Shown piece by piece: positions 1 to 13,475 of a stretch of DNA of 64,000 bases. Each line of letters starts with the position of its first letter. Position 1 is the stretch's first letter. The DNA lies in assembly GCF_009914755.1 (NCBI RefSeq), contig NC_060926.1. The stretch is one strand, 5' to 3'. The notes under the pieces were generated by a model, which worked only from the letters and a program-made list of their open reading frames with translations, did no database searches and was not told the origin of the DNA. This DNA comes from the human T2T-CHM13v2.0 reference genome, Homo sapiens. A program made the position numbers and the translations under genes.

Positions 1-344
1 CAGGGTCCTGGGCCTGCTCGCTTCCGGTGTCACCATTTCTCTTCTCATGAGGGATGGGTTCCGGGCTCCCAGCTCACTGCCCCTTGGTATCCTCGGCCCT
101 GTCCATTTCCCTTCCCTGCCCTGAAGCCCTATATTCCCTTCCCTGGAACAGGAGTGGTGTGCCTCAGTGGGAGAGGACTTTGTTCTGTTGTCACTCTCCA
201 CCCCTGGAGGGGGCCTAGGCGTGGACATAGGGAGGGACTCAGGGTCATCTCTCTTCCAGACCAGAAGCACCACATTGCAGTAGGAAGGTGACTTGGAGGA
301 CACTTCTCATCCACCATGATCCAGGATCCAGGTACCAAGTGCAC

Positions 345-1405
345 CCCAGCACATCTCCAGAAAATTTTCATCCTGCAAAAAGGAAACTTTATACCCACTG
401 AGCGACAATTTCCTTTTCTCCTTTCCCCACAGCCCCTGACAACCACCTTTCTGCTTTCCGTATCTATATACTTGACTACTACTACTTTATTTATTTATGT
501 ATTGTTTTGGGGGTTTTCTGAGACAGAGTCTCACTCTGTTTCCCCAACTGGAGCGCAGCGATGCGATCATAGCTCACTGTGGCCTCTACTGCCCAGGCTC
601 AAGTGATCCTCCTAGCTCAACTTCCTGAGTAGCTGGGACTACAGGCACATGCCACCATGCCTGGCTAATATTTTTTTTTTCCATTTTTTATAGAGGCAGG
701 GATCTCACTTTGTTGCTCAAGCTGGTCTCAGACTCCTGGGCTTAAGCAATCCTCCTGTCTCGGCCTCCCAAAGTGCTGGGATAACAGGCAGGCGCCATGC
801 GCCCTGCCTTGGCTACTTTAGATAGCGCATGTAAGTGGAATCATACAGTGTGTGTCTTTTTGTGGCTGGCTCATTTCACTCAGCTTAGTGTCCTCAAGGT
901 CTATCCATGTGGCAGCATGTCACAAGATTTCCCTCCTTTTTAGGCTGCAGAGTATTCCGTTGTGTGTACTTAAGACATCTTGCTCAGCCATTCATCTGCT
1001 GATGGGCCCTTGGACTGCTGCTAAAGTCTGACTATTATAAATAATGCTGCTGTGAACATAGGTGTACAAACATCTCTCTCAGACTCTGCTTCCAATGCTT
1101 TCAGACGTATACCCAGAAGTGGGATTGCTGCATTTGGTGGATCCATGCTGAATTTTTTAGGAACCTCCATATTATTTTCCATGGTGGTGGCACATTGTAC
1201 TGTCCCACCAAGAGTGCACAAAGATTCAAATTTATCCACATCTTTGCCAACACTTGTTATTTTCAGGTTTTTGTTTTGTTTTATTATAGCCATCCTAGTG
1301 GGTGGGGTAGTGTCTCATTGAGGTTTTGATTTGCATTTCTCTGATGATGAGTGGCACTGAGCATCTTTTCATGTGCTTATTGGCCTTCTGTATATCCTCT
1401 TTGGA
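345..1405 (-). mobile_element. L1MB-type LINE-1 3' end, interrupted by an AluJ
   Basis: Antisense L1M 3'UTR/ORF2-end motifs (agcccctgacaaccacc, gtggaatcatacagtgtgtgtc, ttgatttgcatttctctgatg). ORF 1021-1293(-) resembles the decayed L1 ORF2 C-terminus (AAIPLLGI...CTPMFTAALFII). Confidence 0.85.
486..808 (-). mobile_element. AluJ
   Basis: Dimeric Alu with J-type diagnostics (gatcatagctcactg, ctcaagtgatcctcc, ctgggcttaagcaatcc); degenerate TSD ctacttta. Confidence 0.92.
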
Positions 1406-3169
1406 CAGCCACGGTTTTAAATATAGAAACTTGGCATAAAAAAGACAAACCCTCACCTTTCCAGGGCACACATCAATAGGTGTCAGAAGATGATCAATAC
1501 CCCACAAAACAACAGGGTTGGCGGGACGATTTTATGCCCAAGGCCAAGAAACACTCCTCTAAGGAGTAGGTGTCCATGGGGAGGCCCGGAGGTGGTGAGA
1601 GGGAGCTGTGTGGATTGAGAATTTGGGAGGAGCTGTTCAGGCAGAGGCCAGCCCAAGTGCTAAGGCCCTGAAGGAGGAGCTGATCTGTGTGTCTGAGGAC
1701 CGAGGACGACAAGGACTGGGGAGGAGGTCAGGAGGCAGAGGGGTAGGGACCGTCTCATGGGCTCTTAGGTTCTATGGAAGACTTTGGCTCTAACTGAGCT
1801 ACAGGGGGATGTAGAAAGAGCTTATCACAATGCCTAGTAGAAAAAGGTGCTGAACGAATATTAGTGATTATTATTAATGTTGGCCCATTTAACTCATTTA
1901 AGAGAAAATGTCTCGGCTGCTTTAGTTTTACAGACAATTTAAGGAAGGAGTCTGAGAAGAAAACATAAAAACCCCCTATCCTTCTGGGAGCTGGGGTTGA
2001 GGGCCTTGGAAGCAGCACCCTCATCCCTTCGGAGGTGGCTGATTTGGAGTTTATTCTGCATCTCTGTTATGTGGCTGCCTCCTGGAATTCTTTAAACTCT
2101 TCAGGATTCCAGGGGCCTGGCAATGGTTATGCCAGGACACATTCTGGGCCGGTGAGTGAGCGATCGAGCCTTGCCTGTGAGATTTTCTTGGCCGCTTCAG
2201 CTTCTATTTACATCCACAACCTGGATTGGGAAACTCAGGTTCAGCCCAAGTCTTGGAATATTTCTGTGCCTTCAGAATAGTGCAGACAGGCTGATATTCC
2301 CCACCCCACAGGGGTTTCCTTGGGATGTTGGAGCCATCCCATAGAGCAGGCTGGCACCTTTTGGCAGGACAGAGCATAGTTCTTTCTCTAGAGATGAGGT
2401 CCTTCATGAAGCGAGGCCCAGTCAGCCTTGCCAACTGGTGGGGAGCTGACTCCACTGCAGCCAATGGCACCAGGCACATGGGAAGGAAGAGCTAGTCTGG
2501 AATTGGAAAGATCCATCATCCACACCAGAGAAGGGAAGGGAGGAGGAAAGACTGTGTATACAGGCAGGGCCTTCTCTTCTCACCAGCCGTACATTGAGGA
2601 AGCTCCCTCTTTTCTCTAAGAGCATATGGGGTCATTAGCATGACTCCTAGCATCCTACAGAAGACCTTGCCTGTTGGGAGTTCCTGAAGCCGTGAGATCT
2701 GAGGGGAAGGCTGCCTGTCAGTCCTACTGTGAGTGGGTAGAAGCCACGGAGCACAGGCCAGTGAAAGGAGGGCTGTGCTTTGTGTGATCAGTGTCATCAA
2801 CATGGAGCCGGGGCGAGATGCATGGTAGATTCCACAGGATGGAGAAAGACGCAGGGGATGTGGTCTCCCATCAGGGAGTGACAATCTGTAGGGCTAAGTG
2901 GATCATGGGCATCAGGGATCAGTTGGCATTACAAAGAGAGCAAACCAAACCTCGTCCCTGGTCTCTTCAGGCAAAAAGAAGCACAAGAAAACCATCAATC
3001 CATTATATAATCAGAACCACTGTAGAAAGTTCTACTTGAAAGATTACTAGAAGGAATACTTCAGCTTAGGAGAGAGTTTATCTTCTTGCTTGAAAATTTA
3101 TATGCTCTAAAATGATATGCAGGTACTATATATCTACTGGCTATATGTAAGTTATAGAGCAATAATAAT

Positions 3170-3575
3170 TTTAAAAGAATTTTATCATAAAATAATGTGT
3201 GCATGTCAGGGAAAATTTAGAACATACAAAAAAGTATAAAGGAAACATTGAAATCACCCATAACTCTCTACCCAAGACCGTCACTGTTAAGATTTTGATG
3301 CTCGTCTTTTATTTTATACACATAATTATAAAACATAATTAGGCTCAAATTATGTAGAGATGTAACATATTTTTCACACAATATTATATTATACAAATTT
3401 TTCATGTCATTAGAAAATGTAAAACATTATTTTAAATGACTACATCTTGTTCCATTCTATGGATATTTGAACTTATTTGGCAATTCCTCTACTGTTGGAC
3501 ATTTATGTAGTTGTAAATATGTTACTATTATAAATAATGCTTTGATGAATATCCTTGTACAGAAATCTTTGTGCA
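3170..3575 (-). mobile_element. Old L1 (L1ME-like) 3' fragment
   Basis: AT-rich decayed antisense L1 3' motifs (ttggacatttatgtagttg, ataaataatgctttgatgaatatccttgtac). Confidence 0.6.
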
Positions 3576-3576
3576 C

Positions 3577-4175
3577 TTCATTCATTCAAGAAACATTTAT
3601 GAGCATTTACCAAGCATCCCTCACAGTCTTAGGTACTGGTGATCCATTACGGAATAGGACAAAATCCACACTTTCATGGAATTTACATTGTAGTCGGGGA
3701 GGCAAGCCATACATAAGTGAACAAATAATGTGATATCAGAATATAAGTGCTGAAACAAATTAAGCAGGGTAATGGGCAAAGAGTGACCATGGAATAGAGG
3801 TTATTTTAGGTGCGGTCTTTGCAGAAGGCCTTTAAGTAACTGATGTTTGCCTACAGGCCTGCATGATCAGAAGGGGCCATTCATGGCATTCCAGACAAGG
3901 GAAACTGGAAGCATAGAGGCCCTAAGGAGAAAAGTAGCATGACAGATTGACAGAACCTCAAAAAGACCAGTGTGCTACAGTCAAAGGAGCAAGAGAGAGA
4001 TATCAAGACGTGAAGGTCAAGAGGTAGGCACTGGAGACCTTGGTGAGTGCTCTGCATGGTGCATGCAATGGGAAGCCATTGGAGGTAGGGTCAGAACATG
4101 ATCGACTTGATTTACATTTAGAATGTATTTTAGATACTGAATTTAAAATCAGTTTTGGGGAGCAAGGCTGGAAGT
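3577..4175 (-). mobile_element. L2 LINE 3' fragment
   Basis: ttcattcaagaaacatttatgagcatttac L2 tail, followed by typical antisense L2 body (gcaatgggaagccattggag). Confidence 0.75.
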
Positions 4176-4182
4176 AGATCCC

Positions 4183-4388
4183 ACCTCAATCTGGTACCAA
4201 AACCATACAAAGATATCACAAGAAGAGAAAACTACAGACCAATGTTTCTTATTAATATAAATGTAAAATCCTTCAACAAAATGCTAGCAAACCAAACCTA
4301 GCAATGTATAAAAAGGATGATACACCATGACCAAGTGTGACGTATCTCAGGTATGCAAGGTTGGTTTGACACTCAAAAATCAATTAAG
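4183..4388 (+). mobile_element. Isolated internal L1M ORF2 fragment
   Basis: accaaaaccatacaaagatatcacaagaagagaaaactacagaccaat...atgcaaggttggtt matches ORF2 just upstream of and into the RT domain; no tail or TSD. Confidence 0.8.
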
Positions 4389-5193
4389 TGTTCTGGAGTC
4401 CTGGACATGTTCACTCTGCTTTGTCAAAGTGAATCCCAAGATGCATTGTCCCTGAGTAGAAAGATAGAGAAGAACATGTGCTTTATAAAGACTTTAGTTT
4501 AGTGGTTCATAACCCACTGGGGCCACATGGTAATTAGAATGATGAATCACCTTTAAGTCCTACCTTCCTAGGAAATTCATATGGATGGATGCAAATGGAA
4601 GAAAGAATCCAGGTCAAATTTTAGGCACCTTATTCTGCAAGTTGTCCACTTCCCAAAAAATATCAGGGCTAAGTTGTCCACACTCTCTGTATCCAAAATG
4701 CTCCCAAAAGAATTGCAAGCTACTTTACAGAGATGTTGCTTAAGCATTTAACTGATGCTTGGCAGGACAAGCTGTCATCAGCTCTCAAAGGAGATCCTGT
4801 AGTTTTAATAACTTTAGCAGGTTGTGATTTGTCGTTACCTCAAGGAAAAGGAAGGGACAGAACAACCTTTAGGAGGAAGTGTGCTAAGATGAGGATATAG
4901 AGCTCTGTGTGGAAGATATGACAGGAGGAGGGATGGTCCAATGAAAAGACTATCTTTACTTCTTTAGTCTAAGATGGCTCTCCAGAAAGCCTGCATCAAA
5001 GATTCAGATCTATTGCCCATCAAAGACCTATTGCCCATTGGGTAATAGGGGCAAGATGTGTTAGGAAAACCCCACCCAACTGTGGGTGGTGTATAAGTTG
5101 GGTAAAAGTAGGTAGGGCATAAAGTGAAAGACTATGTTGTGGGCTTTCTAGAGTCCACCTGTGTGCTTGCTTGGTTAGAAATAAGCTTCTTTT

Positions 5194-5196
<3 letters not shown>

Positions 5197-5239
<43 letters not shown>

Positions 5240-5251
5240 TACACACACACA
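5197..5251. repeat. (CA)n microsatellite
   Basis: About 27 near-perfect CA units, directly visible. Confidence 0.98.
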
Positions 5252-6569
5252 ATGATAACGAAGCAAAGCCAAACAAAAACCTATGCCCCTCCCCACCTCC
5301 ATCTCTTAAGGAGGCAGTACTAGGCACCTATCCTGCTTTCAACGAGAAGACTGCTGCTATTGTTCTTGAATAAGAAATCAGAATTGTGAAATCGTCTCTG
5401 TTATTTGGTGTCAGTATTTGATTTTGAGGCCAATGAGCTGAAAATCACTGGTTTAAAATTATCTGTTAGCAATAGAATCAGTGCTTCCATTAGCTCACTT
5501 TGCTAGTTGAGGTTTCCATTCTGTCAAAGGATTCTAGAATTCTCCGAGGCTTTTTGAGTTGAGTCCGTGTTGCATGATTTCCTTTGTCCACAAGGCAGTG
5601 AAGTCAACTCTGACCAGCCTTGCACTATTTTCTTGTCTGTTCTGGCAAAACAAGGACTATACATCCACATTTCAATGTGAAGGTCCTATAAAGAAGGAAA
5701 TTGTCAGAAGAGTTCTGCAGGGTTTCCAGGTACCTACAGATTTCTTCCTGCAGAAGCCTTGGCAAGGCCTTGTCACCTTGACTCCTGCTTGTCCCACACT
5801 TGCTCCAGGATTGAAAAGTTTGTTTACTTCTAGTCTTTTCTTTCAGAGTAGGAGCTTGGTCAAAATATCTTGCAATTTTCTAGTAGCATTTGTATTTATT
5901 ATAAACTCTTGCTGCAAAGATTTATCTCTCTGGTGTGTCCCTAAAGACCCCTACTCCAGGAATCTGAACTGTGAATTAATGTCATGTGATCAAATAAATT
6001 TTTCTGTTCTCTCTCAAGAAAAGATAAGCTACCTAAATTTGTGTGGTAGGTTAGTCAACTAATTTCTTTTCCATAGCTCCAGGAGCCGATGTAAGTAGGG
6101 AGAAGAACAGTGCCAAGGAGAAACTGCTGTTGCCAAAGAGGAGGGAGGAAGAAGAGGAAGGAGGAAAGAGGCAAACATACAAAACCTCAGACAAAACGCA
6201 GCTTTGCTAGCACACAGATGGATAATGGGAAGACAAAGATATGGAGAGTTGGATGCCTTTGGCAGTAAGTATATCGGAAAGGCTCATTCAGGCGACATCA
6301 CCCAAGATCTCTGCTCTGGGTAAAAAGAGAACATCAGCTTGAAAAGCTTAAAATTCTACTGGCAGACACTGTCTGACATGGAAATATCTCTAACCGCAAG
6401 ATGATTTGCAATTAGCATTCTTTCTAGTGGCACAGTAACTGCCTCATATGATTGCTAAGGAGATTAAATAAGGTAGAGCTTGAGAAAGACCCCATTAAAC
6501 TGTAATGGGCTATTCAATGTTAGCTATTGTCATTTTCAGAGTTACCAAATAAAATTCGACTTGCATAAA

Positions 6570-6760
6570 AATATTTGCTGCGGTTCTATTAATATGCTGG
6601 GGACATTAAATTTGTGATTTAAGTTAATTCTTACAATGACCCTGCAAGGCAGGTATTGGTTCCATAGATTTTTTAAAAAGTGAAGATAACTTATAGCTTG
6701 TCTATACAAAATGTACTTCAAAGTGTGGGTGATATTTCCTGTGCCTACCAAGTGTCTCTA
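6570..6760 (-). mobile_element. MIR fragment
   Basis: ttaattcttacaatgaccctgcaaggcaggtatt resembles the antisense MIR core. Confidence 0.55.
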
Positions 6761-7680
6761 AATGTAATCTCTGAAAACATAAGAAGAACAATAATGTAGG
6801 GTTTGGATTTAACTAGACTGTGTCAGTAAGCCTGGAGTTGAATATTCAATACAAATGCACCTGGATCTTTTTGGCAGTTGGGGAGTGGTGGGTCAGTGTT
6901 CATTCCTTCTCCAAGAGGAAAATATAGAAAGATAAGAGTGTGCTGTGAAGAAGAGAGAAAGGGCACCTTTCTCAGGTTATCTGGGCTGCTAGCTACCACC
7001 TGATTAGTTGTCATTAATGAGAGGAATTTGGCTAGGTCCTCCCATGGTTTTTATCAATCACTGGTCTGTGAGAATGGGAAGAGAGGCTCTCAGTGTAGCG
7101 CAGAGGGGTGTGAGAGAAGACGCAGTGTGGATGAAAAGTACAAGATGGTCCCAGACTCTTCAGAGGAGCTAAAGAGGTGTCCCTTCTAGCACCATGAGCT
7201 CAGAATATCCTGGGCTGAACAGAATATACAGAGAGAGGAAGAGAGAGAAAGCAAAGCTGGAAAGTACTGTAAAATATAATCACAGGAATGAAGAAGAGAA
7301 AATGGAGTTTCTGGGCTTATTGGTATCCCAGAAGAGAGAATAGAGAATTGACTTTCAGCATGGCACTGTGACTCCCAGTGCTAAAGACTTGGGTCAAATC
7401 CAAGCAGATTCACTTGTTGGCTGTGTATTGTGGGCCAGGAGTGGTTTGAGGCTCTGAGAAGGTGCAGTGGGCGGAACCCAGCACCTGTCCTTACGTTGTC
7501 CCTGGAGGCAGGGGTAAGACGGGTAAGTGGAGGTTCGTGAAACTGAAGGACCATGCTCAAACGAGGAAGACGAAGACCTCGAGGGCCTATAGCAGCCCAG
7601 ACTGAGCCCAACACACCGCAGCATCGAGGCTGGAGAAGGCGCTGGGCAGCTGATCCCCCGGGACCCTGTACAGCTCTTCC

Positions 7681-8001
7681 TTTTATTTTGTTTTATTTTT
7701 TAACTTGTATTTTAGGTTCAGGTGTACTCGTGCAGGTTTGCTATATAAGTAAATTGAGTGTTGGCGAGGTAGGGGGGTGGGGGCTGGTGTACAAGGTATT
7801 TTGTCACCTGGGTAATAAGCATAGAACCCGATAGGTAGTTTTTTGATCCTTGCCCTCCTCCCACCCTCCACCCACAAGTATGCCCCTATGCCTGTTGTTC
7901 CTTCTTTGTGTCCATGTATACTCTATGTTTAGCTTCCACTTATAAGTGAGAACCTGCAGTATTTGGTTTTCTGTGCCTGCGTTCGTTTGCTTAGGATAAT
8001 G
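7681..8001 (-). mobile_element. 5'-truncated L1 (L1PB / old L1PA) 3' end
   Basis: T-rich tail, antisense L1 3'UTR (tttagcttccacttataagtgagaacctgcagtatttgg); TSD acagctcttc at 7670-7679 and 8002-8011. Confidence 0.88.
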
Positions 8002-8019
8002 ACAGCTCTTCATTCTAAA

Positions 8020-8857
8020 CGCAAGGAAGGTCCAAAAAAGACGGACAAATGGCCAACAAACATTTGCCAAGATGCTCAACATCATTAATCATTAGGCAAA
8101 TGCAAAGCAAAGCTGCATGGAGATGACACCTCACACCCATTAGGACAGTTACTATCAAAAAACAGAAAACAACCAGTGTGGGTGAGGATGCTCAAACCTT
8201 TGTGCATTATTGTTGGGAATGTAAAATGGTACAGTCGCTATGGGAAACAGTGTGGCAGTTCCTCAACAAATAAAAAATAGAATTACCATACGATTTAGCA
8301 ATTCTATTTCTGGGTATATATATTCAAAAGCATTGAAATCAGGGTCTCAAAGAGATAGTTGTACACCTGTGTTCGTGGCAGCATTCTCTACGATAGCCAA
8401 AAGGCAGAAGCAACACAGTTATCCCTCAACAGGTGAATGAATAAACAAAATGTGGTCTATAAACAAAAAGGAATATTATTCAGCCTTGAAAAAGGAAGGG
8501 CATCTTGTCACATGCTACAGCATGGATGAACCTTGCGGGCATTATGTTAAGTGAAATGAGCCAGTCACAAAAGGACAAATACCGTATGACTCCACTTCTA
8601 CCGGGTCCCTGGAGTAATCACATTCCTAGAGACAGAAAATAGAAAGGTAATGGCCAGGGAATGGAGGCAGAAGGAAATGGGGAGTTCGTATTCAATAGGT
8701 ACAAAGTTTCAGTTTTGCTAAATCAAAAGAATTCTGTGGCTGGACGATGGTGATGCCTGCACAGCAAGAAGAGAGTATTTAATAGCACTGAACTGTGCGC
8801 TTAAGACGGTTAAATGATGGATTTTATGTTAGGTGTATCTTGCCACAATAAAAAAAG
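8020..8857 (+). mobile_element. L1MA/L1MB 3' end
   Basis: Sense L1 ORF2 end and 3'UTR (gatgctcaacatcattaatcattagg ... tgccacaataaaaaaa). Confidence 0.88.
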
Positions 8858-9629
8858 AATCGAGGGACAAAGGCAGATACTAGAAACTCAGGAAGCTGGA
8901 GATGCAGGAGAAAGGTGTCTTTGCTCCCAAGTGACATGGCTTCTCTCCCCTTCTCCAGGGGAAGCTCCTCCTCCACTGTGGGTTTCTCACCTTCCTGAAG
9001 TCGGGGGACTAGCTCTCTGGGGACTGCTGTCAAGGTTCACGTTAACCTATTTTTCATGTGGAAAAATATGTTCTCCAAAGAGAGGTGGGACACATGGAAT
9101 GGTTGAGAGGCCCTGGCACCCTCAGCCCAAATATATAACAAAGCCAGTTCTATGCCGATCCCTCCTCTAACCCCTGCTGGGAGCCTGCAGCCTGGGGTTA
9201 GGAATGGTGCCCTCATGGATCAGGACAAATCCCCGGATGACCTTTGCCTTAACCTCCTCTACCCCAGCTCTTTGGGATTGCTGGGATCTGGGGCTTTCAT
9301 TACTCAGAGGGAGAAATGAATCCTGCCATTGTTATATTCTGGTAATAACCTGTCAAACTGGTGAAAAGCCCTTGCTAGAGGACTCGGGAAACACTGCAAT
9401 GTTATTATGTGTGAAGAAAGACCACTTCGTTTCTCCTGTGCTGGAGACAGATGTGTTTGTTAACCTTTAGAGGCCCTTAGCACAGAGATACAAGCATGGT
9501 ACTCTCCTCCCCACCCTCCAAAAGAAATTAAATCATAAAATAGAAAAAAAAAAAAAACAGAACAAGTATAAAGAGATCCACCAATGATCTTACTTCTTCC
9601 CACAATGACTTCTTAGATAAGCTTTTAAA

Positions 9630-10819
<1,190 letters not shown>

Positions 10820-11019
10820 TGAGCTGGGCATGACTCTGACCCTGTGCTTTGAGTAATTCTGCACAGATGGGGATACTTGTTGTCCTCTGGAAAACTATTG
10901 CTCCATTTTGAGTCATGTTCTGCTCCTTCTGGTTCTCCTGGGTTTAAACACAGGTTGATTCCTTTAGTGACTTGGAGACTTTGGCACCTGCCTCATCATT
11001 TGTAGAAATAAAATAGTAT

Positions 11020-11060
11020 TAGTTTCTAAAGTAATTAGAAACTAATTACTTTAGAAACTA
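11020..11060. repeat. Perfect 19-bp inverted repeat with 3-nt loop, inside a MIR relic
   Basis: tagtttctaaagtaattag-aaa-ctaattactttagaaacta; arms checked base by base. Confidence 0.95.
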
Positions 11061-11935
11061 CTTTACTTCTAATAAACTAAAGTATTATTAGTTTCTAAAG
11101 TCACGCTGTGACCCAGTGTGATTACAATAACCCATTTCCAGCTGTCCCCAGCCACCCAAAGCCTAGTGGCTAAGGATGATATTAGCATGACGAGCATGTG
11201 CTCCTATGCACGGGTATCCTCCACTGTGCATGCTGAACTGGTGTTTCCTCGGATGAGTACTCTACAGTGGAGTTTTGAAAAGTGCTGTGAGGTGCTTTAG
11301 CGGACCTTGCAGGGAGGAACACTGGGCTCTCAACGAGGTCTGGCTTTTCAATGAACAAGATAATGCTCTCAGACAAGGTAGTTAGGAAGAGGGAATGAGG
11401 ATTGAGATTCCTTGAGAACATGACAGATTTATCATTATTCATAAGGCAATCCAGCTGGTAAATGGTAAATGGTAAATGTGAAGACTTTTCTATCCTTACA
11501 GTGAAATTGTGGTCCTGAGTTGCTTTGCTAGTGGCACTTACTACCCCCTTGCCTCCCAAATGCAGTCACTGGAGCCCCAGGACCATGCCTTCCTCCCTGT
11601 CTCTCCACAGAGAGGGTCTGAGATGTAGTCTCAACATGTGATGGCTGAACAGTGACTCATGAGGGCAAGGAATTCAGATGTATATTTTCTTCATTTTCCC
11701 CCTGAGCTTCTCTATGCTGGTTCACCCTTCTAATTGGCAAACATTTTCTACATTAAGAGGAAAAATAAAAGCTCACCAAGTAAAACACTGAATGCTCAAA
11801 TATGTATTTGGGTTGGTTGTTTGTTTAACAGAAGATGTATATGCCAACATCCAACCTCGTAAAACTTAAAGGTTAAGACCTTTGAACTAAGATTTTTTTT
11901 TTTGCAGTAGTTTTCAAAGTAGTAAATGTAGCTGT

Positions 11936-12354
11936 TGCCTTAGTCTGTTCGTGTTGCTATAAAGGAATACACAAGGCGGGTGATTTATTGAAAAAAAAAA
12001 GAGACTTATTTGGCTCACAGTTCAGCAGGATATACAAGAAGCATGGCATCAGCGTCTGCTTCTGGTGAGGGATTCAGGAAGCTTCCACTCATGATGCAAG
12101 GTGAAGGAGGAGCAGGTGTCATGGGGGGAGAGAAGAAGGAAGAGAGAGGGGAGGGAAGTGCCAGGTTTTATCCTACAACCAGCCTTTGCAAAAATGAATA
12201 GAGCAAGAACTCTTTCCTATGGGAAGGACGCCAAGCCATTCATGAGGGATTCACCATCATGAACACAACCTCTCCCATCAGGCTCCACCTCCAACACTGG
12301 GGATCACATTTTTCAACATGAGATTTGGAGGGGATGAATATTCAAACCGTATCA
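11936..12354 (-). mobile_element. MSTB-like MaLR solo LTR
   Basis: tgccttagtctgttcgtgttgctataaaggaata ... aaaccgtatca; TG...CA termini. Confidence 0.88.
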
Positions 12355-13142
12355 CCTATTATAATTAAAGTGACTTCAATTTGTTAATATTGATCCATAG
12401 TCAGTTTTTAAGAAGGTGTTAAATAATTTACGTAGTAACTGACAAGCAGCACAGAAACACAGTCAAAATGTGCATCCTTAATATGAACGTATAACATAAG
12501 TTGTAGGATCAGCTTCATTATTAAGGGCCAGTCACTCATCCTGAAATTGCACACTAGGGAGGAGAATTTCCATGTCCTGAATAATGTCCTTGGAGTGAAA
12601 CTTGTGGCTTTGGAGCACTGGGACCAGTTCTCTTGATGTGTTTATTGCCAGCATCTGTGGCCTAATTCAGATTTGCAAAGGAAGAGACACAGCTGAGATT
12701 CCCGGCTGTGGTCATCAACCCTCCACAAAAGATGGGGTTGCAGAATTACAGAATGATGAAGCTGTTCACAGAATCCAGAAGCCGCAGGGTCAGCCTTCTC
12801 CCCTCTGGCAAAACTGCACTTAAATGAGACTAGGAGGAAAGTTGTCTGTTCATTCTTAAGGAGCCTTCAGGGAATAAAATTCCTTAAACTCCCTTGGTAA
12901 CCGGTCACTCTTAAAATTCTTCTCTGTCATGAGTTTCTTTGGATCTCACATCTTAAAATATTGGTTCATGGGATCACAGGATCCTCTCATAGAAATGCTA
13001 AAAGAAACCTTAAGGGTCAGCTAGTCTTGCCTCAAATTTGACAAATTAGGGACTCAGGCCCAAAGAAGTTGAAGAATGTGCTGAAATCACACGGCTAATG
13101 GGGGGCGGAGCAGAAGGTCTCCCAGGTGCTACTTTTTTTTTT

Positions 13143-13475
13143 CTTAAAATTTAATGGAGTTTAATTGAGAAAAAAAGAAAAGGAATGAAATGATTTGTGA
13201 ACCAGGCAACCTCCAGAATCACAGACGATTCAAAGTGACTCCAGAGGTGCCTTGTGGTCAGAACAAATTTATAGACAAAAAAAGGGATGTGACATACAGA
13301 AATCGGAAGTGAAGTACAGAAATAGTGGGACTGATTATTGCTCAGCATTTGTCTTATTTGAACACAGTTTGAACACTCAGCAGTCTATGAGTGGTTGAAG
13401 CATGGCCGCTGTGATTGGCCAATACTCAGCTATTGTTACAGGTGCATACTACTAAGTTAGGTCTTCAATGTTGTC
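13143..13475 (-). mobile_element. MER57 (ERV1) LTR, partial U3 + R only, polyadenylated
   Basis: Reverse complement matches MER57 (acctaacttagtagtatgcacctgtaacaatagctgag...cacttccgatttctgt...tctataaa). It ends 17 nt after ATTAAA in an A10 tail; no U5 or terminal CA. Confidence 0.85.

Noticed and set aside
5559-6062. 167-aa ORF
   Set aside because: Non-ATG start, no recognisable domain, composition typical of non-coding DNA.
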